The notes under the pieces are model-generated. The model did not search any database. It was not told the origin of the DNA and saw nothing but the letters and a program-made list of their open reading frames with translations. Below, in pieces: positions 1 through 8,126 of a stretch of DNA of 64,000 bases. A program made the position numbers and the translations under genes. The DNA lies in IMG/VR virus record IMGVR_UViG_3300028898_000325, positions 2,631 through 66,630 of that record; one strand, 5' to 3'. The stretch is from a virus. The stretch's first letter is position 1. Each line of letters starts with the position of its first letter.

Positions 1-2
1 CA

Positions 3-548
3 AAAGAGGCGATACAGGCCAGGATAAACGAAATAAACGAAAAGATCACCCCGGATGTATCCGATTGGATGCGGGAAGAATTGCTTTCCCGGAAATCAAA
101 GCTTTCAGGCGGCTTTGCCCTGCTTTACATTGGTGGGAAGACTGCCGGTGAGATAAAGGAATTAAAAGACCGCTGCGAAGATGCTGTTTTGGCTGTTCGC
201 TCTGCCATTGAGGCAGGATATTTGCCCGGATGTGGTAAAGCGTATCTTATGGCCTCAAAAAAATTGCCCGGAAAATCTATTTTGATCGAAGCGCTGCACT
301 CAATTACTCGGCAGGTTTGCTTTAACGGAGACATCAACGAAATACAAACCGGGGAAATCATTTTAAAAATGCTTTCATCTGGCGTTACTTTTGGCTACAA
401 CGCCCGAACCGATACAATGGAGGATTTATTTAAAGCCGGTGTTATTGATAGCGCAAAAGTTGTCATTTCAGCCCTTCAGAATGCCGTTTCCGCTGCCCTG
501 GCCTTTGTAAACACGGAATTTATCATTGCTCAGGAAAAGAAAGATTAA
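3..548 (+). CDS. groEL: Chaperonin GroEL-like protein, C-terminal part (5' truncated by window edge)
   Basis: The frame is open from nt 3: ARINEI..SDWMREELLSRKSKLSGGFALLYIGG...KDRCEDAVLAVRSAIEAGYLPGCG...GYNARTD..DLFKAGVIDSAKVVISALQNAVSAA. This follows the GroEL apical/equatorial motifs (KERxxDAxxAxxAAxxxGxxPGGG; GIIDPxKVxxxALxNAxS). Confidence 0.92.
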   Translation, partial: KEAIQARINEINEKITPDVSDWMREELLSRKSKLSGGFALLYIGGKTAGEIKELKDRCEDAVLAVRSAIEAGYLPGCGKAYLMASKKLPGKSILIEALHSITRQVCFNGDINEIQTGEIILKMLSSGVTFGYNARTDTMEDLFKAGVIDSAKVVISALQNAVSAALAFVNTEFIIAQEKKD

Positions 549-796
549 TCACCTTCCAGTATCCATGTATAGGATTTTTTGTACCGATCCTTCCATTTGT
601 GCAGGAAGTCAATGGTAACGCCGTATGTGGCAAGTTCCAGCGCTTTCAGGTGGGAAAGTTTAACATCCATGGATTCAGCAAATTCTTTTTGAGTAAGCCC
701 GGCTTGATGCCGGGTTTCTCTTAGTCTTTTGGCAATGCCTGGATCACCAACCTTTGGCTTTACAGGCTTTTTCTTTTTTGTTTTGCTGACGGACAT
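545..796 (-). CDS. XRE-family helix-turn-helix regulator
   Basis: IAKRLRETRHQAGLTQKEFAESMDVKLSHLKALE matches the HTH_3 pattern. Confidence 0.85.
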   Translation of the reverse strand: MSVSKTKKKKPVKPKVGDPGIAKRLRETRHQAGLTQKEFAESMDVKLSHLKALELATYGVTIDFLHKWKDRYKKSYTWILEGD

Positions 797-839
797 TTTT
801 TTAGTTTGTTAAGGAGCGGACGAAAATACAAAAAAAGGA

Positions 840-889
840 TTGAGTTGCGGCAATTGGGCGGAACTGCGGCAATACAAGAGTTAGCAGCA
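840..889 (+). other. Putative attI-like entry site of cassette array 1
   Basis: It ends in GA|GTTAGCAGCA (GTT at 880) and has no left hairpin arm. TTGAGTTGCGGCAATTGGG (840-858) is 17/19 identical to the reverse complement of 12531-12549. TGCGGCAAT occurs twice in direct orientation. Confidence 0.5.
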
Positions 890-1150
890 ATGCCTGACCA
901 ACACACAATCCTGCTTTGCTATATGCCGCCACATGGTTCGCTGCCCAGCATAGTCCTCCCACAATACATAGTCTTTAATGCCACCAGCATTATCAACGTC
1001 AAATTCTTCACCGATTAAGTTTCTATACCAACCCTGCTCGTATGAGCATTGGGTAATTCTGACCCGACAAGGAGCAGGCGGCAGGGCACTGCTGCTAACA
1101 TCGGTTTGCTGCAAGTCAGGCTGATTGTTTTCTAATGAACTGTTTTCCAT
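881..1150 (-). CDS. Hypothetical phage protein in cassette A (antisense to attC)
   Basis: 89-aa ORF. The stop TAA lies inside the core at 880-889 and the ATG lies inside the attC at 1090-1231. Confidence 0.65.
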   Translation of the reverse strand: MENSSLENNQPDLQQTDVSSSALPPAPCRVRITQCSYEQGWYRNLIGEEFDVDNAGGIKDYVLWEDYAGQRTMWRHIAKQDCVLVRHCC

Positions 1151-1231
1151 TTTGTAAACTTTAGTTTGTTATTAAATACTGTTGTGCTGCCAAGTCCTGC
1201 CCTGACAGCAAGCCGTCAACCGTTGTAGGCA
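1090..1231 (+). repeat. attC-like recombination site (array 1, #1)
   Basis: TGCTGCTAAC - GGTTTGCTGCAAGTCAGG ... CCTGACAGCAAGCC - GTTGTAGGCA. The arms are imperfect inverted repeats between AAC and GTT cores, with the longer spacer on the GTT side. Confidence 0.8.
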
Positions 1232-1278
1232 ATTTGGCAACCGTCTCCATAATCTAAACTTCACCTAAAAACTTTCGT

Positions 1279-2097
1279 ATGACACCAAAAACTCTTTTAA
1301 TTATGTTAATGGCACTTGTTTGCCAAAACGCATTTGCTCAAAATAAAAAATCAAATAAAGAAGCTCCTAACAAATTCGAGAACATTGATACCACTTCTTC
1401 ATCAAATCAAAAAGGAACTGAGGACATCAGTGAATATGGAGGAACACCAATAGTGACAAGAACAAGTAAATTTATTGAAATTTCTGAGGAAAAATCAGGT
1501 GAGGAAATTGCAAGTTTATATGATGAATGTGTGGTGATTATCAGTGGGTCATCCTCCACATTTTCCAGTCAAGGTAGCGGAGTAATAATATCTTCTGATG
1601 GTTATTTAATAACAAATTATCACGTGATAGCTGGAATGAACAATATAACCGCTTCCAATGCTATTATTAAAAATACTCCAGTCACAATTATATTTAAAGA
1701 CCAAACTAATGACATAGCACTTTGCAAACTTCCTAAATCAAATTATAAGACTGCTCAATTTTGGTTTGGTGATGCGCTTTTTAAGGGGTCGACAATATAT
1801 GCTATTGGAAGTCCATTAGGAACTCCAAATATGATTACAAAAGGAATTGTGTCCGGTAAGTATATCGAAGATGGTAAAGCATATATAGTTCATGACGCAG
1901 CCATGGGCAGCGGATCTAGCGGAGGAGCATTAATAAATGCAAAAGGTCTTCTTGTAGGCATCAATACAAAAGTGAAATTGCAACAAAAAGAAACTGTTGT
2001 TCAAAACTTCAATTATGCAATACCAATTCACGTAATTGAAAATATTCTTAAAGAAGCAGGTTATGAAAATGTTCTTAAAAATACTTCATCCAAATAA
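1279..2097 (+). CDS. Secreted trypsin-like serine protease (S1/HtrA-like catalytic domain, no PDZ), cassette B
   Basis: Signal peptide ending AFA|Q; GSGVIISSDGYLITNYHVI (His), NDIAL (Asp), GSSGGALIN (Ser). Confidence 0.9.
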   Translation: MTPKTLLIMLMALVCQNAFAQNKKSNKEAPNKFENIDTTSSSNQKGTEDISEYGGTPIVTRTSKFIEISEEKSGEEIASLYDECVVIISGSSSTFSSQGSGVIISSDGYLITNYHVIAGMNNITASNAIIKNTPVTIIFKDQTNDIALCKLPKSNYKTAQFWFGDALFKGSTIYAIGSPLGTPNMITKGIVSGKYIEDGKAYIVHDAAMGSGSSGGALINAKGLLVGINTKVKLQQKETVVQNFNYAIPIHVIENILKEAGYENVLKNTSSK

Positions 2098-2100
2098 AAC

Positions 2101-2303
2101 TGCCTACAACAAATGTATTACAGCAAGCGGGGCAGAAGTACAAATCATCAGCTGGAAACCGCTACTGTACTGCATTCACGCATGCAGTACAGCTATGGAA
2201 CATCGGTTGTAAACATCAAATTTTAAATCAATAATCGGCTGCAGTCCCACGCATGCGGAACATGAAAAATCCCGCCTGCTTTAATACTCGGTCGTTGGGC
2301 GCA
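2101..2303 (+). repeat. attC-like recombination site (array 1, #2; long)
   Basis: TGCCTACAAC - GTATTACAGCAAGCGGG ... CCCGCCTGCTTTAATAC - GTTGGGCGCA. It begins 3 nt after the protease stop codon. Confidence 0.8.
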
Positions 2304-2306
2304 ATA

Positions 2307-2747
2307 CTACGCTACCATTAATTCAGGATTTTCATATTTATTACCAATAACTTCTGTTTGATTCCACCATTCTATTGAGTATAATGAGCATTGGTCTTCT
2401 GACACTGTTGCATGGAAAGCGTAATCCTTCCAAACGACAACATTCCACCCTCCTTGCCAATTTTTTACAATATCTCCTTCCCATATTTCTTTACCATTTT
2501 TATCCTTCAACCCTGTATTTTGAAGGAAAATAGATTCATTCGGGAAAATGTCATATTTGTTTTCGTCTGGAACATACTGTGTTAACTCATTGTGTAACTC
2601 AAATGATTTCCCCATCTTTTTTAAAGACGGAATCCACGCCTTAAAATTTAATTTTCTTTTCATAATAAACGTACATGCGCCCAACATTTGCTTTGTGGCA
2701 ATAGTGGCAGAAGTGCCAGCTTCAACTTTTGATTTTCTATTTGACAT
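2307..2747 (-). CDS. YopX-like phage protein, cassette C (alternative start 2663)
   Basis: KLNFKAW...LQNTGLKDKNGKEIWEGDIVK...EVIGNKYENPEL is the YopX family signature. Confidence 0.88.
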   Translation of the reverse strand: MSNRKSKVEAGTSATIATKQMLGACTFIMKRKLNFKAWIPSLKKMGKSFELHNELTQYVPDENKYDIFPNESIFLQNTGLKDKNGKEIWEGDIVKNWQGGWNVVVWKDYAFHATVSEDQCSLYSIEWWNQTEVIGNKYENPELMVA

Positions 2748-2814
2748 AAGAATATATTTTGAACATTTGATTAATAAATTCCACTACTGCACAAAGCAGT
2801 TCAACGTTGGGCGT
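2676..2814 (+). repeat. attC-like recombination site (array 1, #3)
   Basis: TGCGCCCAAC - TGCTTTGTGGCAATAGTGG ... CCACTACTGCACAAAGCA - GTTGGGCGT. The left arm carries one extra base. Confidence 0.85.
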
Positions 2815-2856
2815 AAGCACTACCAGCATTTATTGCCAGTAGTGCTGCCCGACAAA

Positions 2857-3111
2857 TTAAGAACGTGGAGGCCAGTGCCAGGTTCTTGGCTCTTTAGTTT
2901 CGCTGTAAGGAACAGAAGTTGCCCATACATCTTTTTCACCATCAGCCAATACTTTTAAATTCACCTCATCGTTTTCGTATGAAGTGTTTTCCCACGTTCT
3001 TACAATAACAGCAGGTGACGTTTCGCCATTATTGTTTTCTTTTCTTGCATCTTCTGGCCACACGTAGATTACTACTCTACCAGAAGACGGCTTTACTTCG
3101 GACTTTGCCAT
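2857..3111 (-). CDS. Conserved-looking phage hypothetical protein, cassette D
   Basis: PSSGRVVIYV...PAVIVRTW...VNLKVLADG..W.TSV...WHWPPR resembles a small phage protein family recalled from memory; function unknown. Confidence 0.75.
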   Translation of the reverse strand: MAKSEVKPSSGRVVIYVWPEDARKENNNGETSPAVIVRTWENTSYENDEVNLKVLADGEKDVWATSVPYSETKEPRTWHWPPRS

Positions 3112-3172
3112 TTTATTTACGGTTTGACCAGAGCCGTTATGGTTTAATTTTCTATTAAATTACCCGTGCCTA

Positions 3173-3309
3173 ACGCCCAACAAACGGTTTGGCGGCAGTC
3201 GGGGGACAAGTGCAAATCCTCATCTTCGCTTATCTATCGGCTTCGGAAATATGGTCAGCAGCAGTTTTTCAAATACCGCCCGACCGCCAAGCCGAAACCG
3301 TTAGCGGCC
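3173..3309 (+). repeat. attC-like recombination site (array 1, #4)
   Basis: ACGCCCAAC (GCCCAAC fits RYYYAAC) - GGTTTGGCGGCAGTCGGG ... CCCGACCGCCAAGCC - GTTAGCGGCC. Confidence 0.85.
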
Positions 3310-3311
3310 AT

Positions 3312-3641
3312 TTAATATTTAAAGCGATCATACGCCTGTATATTTTTTTTCATTTTGGTTTCTACAAAAAACTTTGCCATGCTTTCCATCATTGCTTTCA
3401 GTTCTTCATTTATGTTCCCGTGGAAAATTACTTTGTTATCAAGCGGGTACCAGGTTGTTACTGCAATGTTGTATCCGGGCACTCTTTCTTCTGCCAGTGG
3501 CTTTATTTTTTCCATCTGCTGGTTAAGCAGCTGGGTATCTTTGTACATCCATACCCTGCATATCCATAAAGGAAAAACAGTGTGCAGGATGTAGGTCCCG
3601 TCTTCTATGTTTACGAAAACAAATTTTTCTACTTTAGGCAT
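3312..3641 (-). CDS. Hypothetical protein
   Basis: Likely start MPKVEKFVF (ORF is open to 3683); the stop is adjacent to the attC #4 core. Confidence 0.65.
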   Translation of the reverse strand: MPKVEKFVFVNIEDGTYILHTVFPLWICRVWMYKDTQLLNQQMEKIKPLAEERVPGYNIAVTTWYPLDNKVIFHGNINEELKAMMESMAKFFVETKMKKNIQAYDRFKY

Positions 3642-3867
3642 CTTGCTTTTTGATTTTAAACTGTATTTCCACACCGTAACCATTAACTATCTCTTCCAGT
3701 ATATCCAGGCTAATATTTCGGATTCCCCTTTCTATGTACGAAAGGTTTGAAGCAGCCTGACCGGTTTTTGCTGCAGCATCTTCTAAAGTTAAATTTTGCT
3801 TTTTCCGGAATGCTTTTAGTGCGGATCCAACTTGTGATTTTAAATCTTCTGTGGTTTTCTCTTTCAT
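3634..3867 (-). CDS. XRE-family helix-turn-helix regulator
   Basis: LKAFRKKQNLTLEDAAAKTGQAASNLSYIERGIRNISLDILEEI matches HTH_3. Confidence 0.88.
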   Translation of the reverse strand: MKEKTTEDLKSQVGSALKAFRKKQNLTLEDAAAKTGQAASNLSYIERGIRNISLDILEEIVNGYGVEIQFKIKKQDA

Positions 3868-3966
3868 TTTTGGGGAGTGTTGATGCACCGGAGCAGCCAT
3901 ATAGGATAACGCCCCGGTGGGTTGTGTTTAGTTAAGGGCAAAATTGCGGGTTTATACTTGCTTTTT

Positions 3967-4197
3967 TCACCCTACAAACATTTTTTTAAGTGCATATATC
4001 TGGGTCCATAATGTAGGGTGTTTTTGCCCATCAAAAAGGCTGTGACCTTCCAACGGGGTTTTCTGCAAATGAAATTCAACAGAGTTTAACGCCATGCTGG
4101 CGGTAAACAATAACTCCCCTATCTTTTCCCGTTTATCTTTGGGAAGTAGCTTTATATTTTGCAATAGTGCTGTGTCGGTGGTTTGTTGTGCTTTCAT
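3967..4197 (-). CDS. Hypothetical protein
   Basis: 76-aa ORF in a run of minus-strand genes. Confidence 0.55.
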   Translation of the reverse strand: MKAQQTTDTALLQNIKLLPKDKREKIGELLFTASMALNSVEFHLQKTPLEGHSLFDGQKHPTLWTQIYALKKMFVG

Positions 4198-4241
4198 GCT
4201 GCACCGCTATTTATTTAACCGGTTAGCGTTCCGGGGGTTGG

Positions 4242-4505
4242 TTAATATTTCATTGGTGATGTTAAAAGACTGTCTAACTGATCGGCGTCTAAATCCGGGT
4301 ATTCAATGTGCAAAATATCTATTTCGTAGCCGTCCGTTCCCGGTTCGCATTGGGTGTATGCCGCAACCGCTTCCGGTGCATCTGTTACCCCTTTGTACGG
4401 GCACAATTTCCAGCGGCAAGCGTGACCAGGATTTTTACACCCGGCGCAACACATGAGCAGGGCGGCAATTATTATGAGTAGTAAGTGGATGTTTTCTTTT
4501 TTCAT
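4242..4505 (-). CDS. Putative lipoprotein
   Basis: MKKENIHLLLIIIAALLMCCAGC: basic N-terminus, hydrophobic core and lipobox-like Cys. Confidence 0.55.
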   Translation of the reverse strand: MKKENIHLLLIIIAALLMCCAGCKNPGHACRWKLCPYKGVTDAPEAVAAYTQCEPGTDGYEIDILHIEYPDLDADQLDSLLTSPMKY

Positions 4506-4573
4506 TACATTAGGTTTATGTGTTAATTAAAAAGGGGTACGGATTAAAAACAAAGCGGGGTAATAGTTATTTT

Positions 4574-4753
4574 TTAATAATAAAAAAAACGAGCGGTTAA
4601 TTTATCGGCTGGCTCTAACTGGTGCTTACTCCTGTAGAACTCTTTCGCTTGTTTGCATGTTTTACTTTGATCTGTGCTACAGACATAACGTCCATTTATA
4701 AACAAGTCAATTTTATAGCATCCAGTAGAACTGTTATATTTTTTATTTTTCAT
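4574..4753 (-). CDS. Small hypothetical protein (59 aa, not in ORF track)
   Basis: Manual translation: MKNKKYNSSTGCYKIDLFINGRYVCSTDQSKTCKQAKEFYRSKHQLEPADKLTARFFYY. Confidence 0.55.
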   Translation of the reverse strand: MKNKKYNSSTGCYKIDLFINGRYVCSTDQSKTCKQAKEFYRSKHQLEPADKLTARFFYY

Positions 4754-4839
4754 TGTCTTAGCTTTTAGAAGGTTATTTTTTAGGCCGTATAATTTGCAGC
4801 CAGTAAGCGCCGGTGAATTTCATGGTGGGTAGGGTGGGG

Positions 4840-6900
4840 TTATGGTTTGTCTAATATTACAGTTACAGTACTTACTCCGGTCGGACGAAATACACTGGCG
4901 AAGCTTCCTGCTGGGTTCTCTTCAATTGTTCCGTAGCGCTCAACCATTTGTAAAAATTCCGGGCTTCTGTGTTTGTTGTTAGCCATTATTGCTACCAATC
5001 TGCCGCCGCCGTTCAATAATTGGAATGCGTGTTTTACATGTTCAACATCCTGCAGGTTTTCAAACGGCGGGTTCATAATTATTTTGTCGAACTTTAAAGA
5101 TTCAGTATCGTTAAGCATGTTTAAAAAATCGCCGTTTTGCACTAAATGCCCCTTTGCTTTTAGCGCTTCAAATAAAGAATGGTTAATTTCAACGCAAAGC
5201 AGCTCATTGCCGGGGTGATCTGCTTTTATTTGATCTGCGATGTGCCCAAGTCCGGCGGATGGTTCCAAAATGGTGTCGCCGGGTTGAATGTTTGCCAATT
5301 CAACTATCTGCGCTGCAAGTGTTTCGGGGGTAGGGAAAAAACCTGGTATTTTTGATCCTATAAATTTTCTTTCGAGCTCTTTTATTTGCAGGCTTCTTTT
5401 TTGCTCTTCGCTTAATCCTGTGCCTTTTTCAAGGTTAAGCAGCTCACGCAATGCAGCCCTTAATTCTTCAATTGTATCTATACCGATGCGCTGAAGTCTT
5501 TTCATGTGCATTAACTGTTCTTTATATCGGTCAATTTGCCAACTATCCACAACGCTACATCTCTGGCAAAATAGAGTTTCGTAGTCCTCTACCCTTTGCT
5601 GGCTGTTTATGAGTATATACTCGTAAGGTGCCAATCTTTTAAGCATGCGGGAAGCGGCTAGTTTTTTGCCGGGAACATCTTTCATTCTCTCAATCTCTCC
5701 TTTTCGGTTTGCATATAAAATAGGGTATGGTAATTCTGCAAAGTTCACCGTCTCTAAACTTGTTTGGTATTTGCTGCGGTCTAAATTCAAAGCGTTTATG
5801 TGCCGGTTTTTCGCCATACTCAAAATACTTTTAAGCTCTTCAAGGTCTCTGCTATTGCTTATTTTGTATAGATATTTTATTTCTTCAGTCTCCATCGCTT
5901 CGCCAATTTTTACAAGTGTTTTGCCAAAGCTTATTTGTGCCGCCGCCTTTCTTTCGGCGTTTTCAGCCATTGCGGCCCGGCGGTGGGTGTTGGTTTCTCT
6001 GTCCCTGTTAAGTTCCCGCTCTCCATCTTTAATGAGGTTTATCCCTTTTTCTTTTAATGCTTCAGCTCTTGTTTGTTGTTTTTGCTCGGCGGATTGTTGC
6101 TTCAGCTCGCTTGCGTCTACATTGCCGTTCTTTACTTGTGCAAATAGTTCTGCCGCTTCTTTGTTTTCAAACGTGAATCCGGGAATAGCGCCGTTGCCTT
6201 TAAAGCTGGAATAGTAGCCGCCTAATTTTTTGGCTCTATTGTTTAACTCTTCATAAACAGAGCGTTGAACCCTTGTATCGAGCACGACAACCCAAAGAGG
6301 TATTTGTTTTTTTGCATGGAAACTTTCTTTTATGTGCATTTCAGCACTTACGTTCTCAACAGATGCAACCTGTGCCTTTTGTTTTTCTTCTCTTTCTTTT
6401 ATGGCTCTTCTTAAATCTGCTGTTAATTCATCGTATTTTATCCGCTGTTCACTGGTTAGGGCCGCCTCCCCTTTACTAGCTATGAAGCTGCGAAACTCTT
6501 CAAGCGTTTCGGGGTTGTTCAGTGCCTTTTCTCTTTCCTCTCTTTTGGCTTGCAATTTTGCTTTATATGCGGCGTATGTCTCTGCGGTGTAAGAGTTTGT
6601 TATTCTCTTTAAAGCCTGCTGCCATGTTTCATCAAATGGGGAATAAGAAAAACTATCCCCCATCACGGCGCATTGCGCTATTGTAGAAAATACACTATCA
6701 ACCGCCTGTTTTTTATTGTCGGCTCTGTACGTGTATTTTTTAAGGGTTGCAACTGTTTCTTTCGCAATCAATCCTTTCAAAAAATCTTCTTCAGTCAAAA
6801 CAAACTCCTTAAATGTTTGCCAGTCTTCAAAAGAATGTCCGTTTGAATACAACGTCCTCGCTGTATTAAGTAGCTCCGTAAAATTGTTTGGCTTATTCAT
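4840..6900 (-). CDS. Large protein with C-terminal class I SAM-dependent (probable N6-adenine DNA) methyltransferase
   Basis: FFPTP..LAAQIV, ILEPSAGLG (motif I), IIMNPPF (motif IV); long helical N-terminal region. Confidence 0.85.
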   Translation of the reverse strand: MNKPNNFTELLNTARTLYSNGHSFEDWQTFKEFVLTEEDFLKGLIAKETVATLKKYTYRADNKKQAVDSVFSTIAQCAVMGDSFSYSPFDETWQQALKRITNSYTAETYAAYKAKLQAKREEREKALNNPETLEEFRSFIASKGEAALTSEQRIKYDELTADLRRAIKEREEKQKAQVASVENVSAEMHIKESFHAKKQIPLWVVVLDTRVQRSVYEELNNRAKKLGGYYSSFKGNGAIPGFTFENKEAAELFAQVKNGNVDASELKQQSAEQKQQTRAEALKEKGINLIKDGERELNRDRETNTHRRAAMAENAERKAAAQISFGKTLVKIGEAMETEEIKYLYKISNSRDLEELKSILSMAKNRHINALNLDRSKYQTSLETVNFAELPYPILYANRKGEIERMKDVPGKKLAASRMLKRLAPYEYILINSQQRVEDYETLFCQRCSVVDSWQIDRYKEQLMHMKRLQRIGIDTIEELRAALRELLNLEKGTGLSEEQKRSLQIKELERKFIGSKIPGFFPTPETLAAQIVELANIQPGDTILEPSAGLGHIADQIKADHPGNELLCVEINHSLFEALKAKGHLVQNGDFLNMLNDTESLKFDKIIMNPPFENLQDVEHVKHAFQLLNGGGRLVAIMANNKHRSPEFLQMVERYGTIEENPAGSFASVFRPTGVSTVTVILDKP

Positions 6901-6953
6901 ATTTATTCGCCTTTCGCCTGTTGGCCCGGCGGCTGTGCCGGTGGTTTATTTGA

Positions 6954-7214
6954 TTAACAATTAAAATTTAAAGAATACTGAGAAAAGCTATTTTTCATCA
7001 CATCCGCAATGGCATATATACCTGAAGCCTTAGCCGGTGGCAATTGTCCGGTAAGTTGTCGTGCTATCTCTTGCCTCAGCATGATATTGTTCGCACCGCT
7101 TAAATACTGGGCGCAATGAAAATCAAAGCATTGGGGGCTATTCATGTAACTATTTTTTAGTGCATTAATTACATCCGTTGCCCGTGTGGTTAGTGTTACT
7201 TTGTTGTTTTGCAT
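6954..7214 (-). CDS. Hypothetical protein
   Basis: 86-aa ORF that shares a leader repeat with the methyltransferase gene. Confidence 0.6.
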   Translation of the reverse strand: MQNNKVTLTTRATDVINALKNSYMNSPQCFDFHCAQYLSGANNIMLRQEIARQLTGQLPPAKASGIYAIADVMKNSFSQYSLNFNC

Positions 7215-7265
7215 AATATATTCGCCCTTTCGCTATTGCCCGGCAGGCTGAACCGGTTGTTATGG

Positions 7266-7421
7266 TTAATTGAATGGGTTTTTGCTTTTAGAATTAAAAA
7301 CCATTGCCCACGCTTTTGCGTACATTTCAGCAGCCTTGCCAACTGGCACTTTTACATGGGGAAAGCCGGCTTTGCAAGCCATTTTATAAACTTTCTTATC
7401 AAATTTGTTTGCGGTGGTCAT
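7266..7421 (-). CDS. Small hypothetical protein (51 aa, not in ORF track)
   Basis: Manual translation MTTANKFDKKVYKMACKAGFPHVKVPVGKAAEMYAKAWAMVFNSKSKNPFN; it fills a gap in the minus-strand run. Confidence 0.45.
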   Translation of the reverse strand: MTTANKFDKKVYKMACKAGFPHVKVPVGKAAEMYAKAWAMVFNSKSKNPFN

Positions 7422-7441
7422 ACTGCAGTGTTTTGTTGTCA

Positions 7442-7558
7442 TCAATCAATTAGCGTATAAAAAGGAAACAACCGGTAAAACTTCTCAGTAGCTTTTGCCT
7501 CGTTAACCTCAGTTATTGTAACGGTCCCGGCGGTAGTATTGAAAATGAATGTTTGCAT
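7442..7558 (-). CDS. Small hypothetical protein (38 aa, not in ORF track)
   Basis: Manual translation MQTFIFNTTAGTVTITEVNEAKATEKFYRLFPFYTLID; tightly packed between its neighbours. Confidence 0.4.
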   Translation of the reverse strand: MQTFIFNTTAGTVTITEVNEAKATEKFYRLFPFYTLID

Positions 7559-7568
7559 GACCTATATA

Positions 7569-7772
7569 TTAATTTACCTTAATACTGTTCTCTTCGTTTA
7601 AAAATGAAACTACCTCTGAAATTTCATCCATATATCTGCCCTTCTCGCCACCTTCCATTGAAGTACGAACAAGTTGCAACCCGTTGTCCTGTTCTATACT
7701 GTCAATTATCCAAACTATACCGGATGTAGTTTGGAACTTAGAACCTTGAAGTATGTCGTTAACTGTTATCAT
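7569..7772 (-). CDS. Hypothetical protein (first gene after a TAACTTTG promoter)
   Basis: ATG 7772 is preferred over GTG 7793 because the -7 box overlaps the latter. Confidence 0.55.
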   Translation of the reverse strand: MITVNDILQGSKFQTTSGIVWIIDSIEQDNGLQLVRTSMEGGEKGRYMDEISEVVSFLNEENSIKVN

Positions 7773-7795
7773 TGTTTCATCGTTTGTTGACACAA

Positions 7796-7812
7796 AGTTA
7801 TGCTATATAACT
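7796..7812. promoter_or_regulatory. 17-bp palindromic operator-like motif overlapping a minus-strand TAACTTTG -7 box
   Basis: AGTTATGCTATATAACT; TAACTTTG on the minus strand at 7793-7800. Confidence 0.55.
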
Positions 7813-7964
7813 ATATAAACAAGCAAAAAGTATCAAATTTGATAAATTTAGTAGCTGTTCAATAAAATGCCTATATTTTATAACATTTGATAAAATTTAA
7901 ACGTAAAATTGAATAAAATTGAAAATATTTTAGTCTCGCAAATTCCCGGCAAAACACTTTTGAA

Positions 7965-7981
7965 GGTTATAAAGCATAACC
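7965..7981. promoter_or_regulatory. 17-bp palindromic operator-like motif
   Basis: GGTTATAAAGCATAACC; its reverse complement matches the 18673 copy at 15/17. Confidence 0.45.
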
Positions 7982-8126
7982 ATGCAAATAAACATGAGAG
8001 AGAACACCGGCGCCGGCACCAGCCGCAACACCACCAAACAGTGAAAAAAGTAAAAATGAAGCCTCCGAGAATTGAATAGAGAAAAACAAATTGCGCTATT
8101 GTACAGGATAAGCCAGGCTTACAGCC

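Noticed and set aside
806-1018. + strand 70-aa ORF
   Set aside because: It overlaps the entry site and the better-supported minus-strand cassette gene; no motif.
1090-3309. attC-like hairpins as simple terminators or REP elements
   Set aside because: They have no U-tracts, and neither class explains the exact complementarity of cores across each gene.
3300-3700. A fifth cassette holding ORF 3312-3641
   Set aside because: No complementary GGCCGCTAAC core or further attC was found downstream, so the array is taken to end at 3309.
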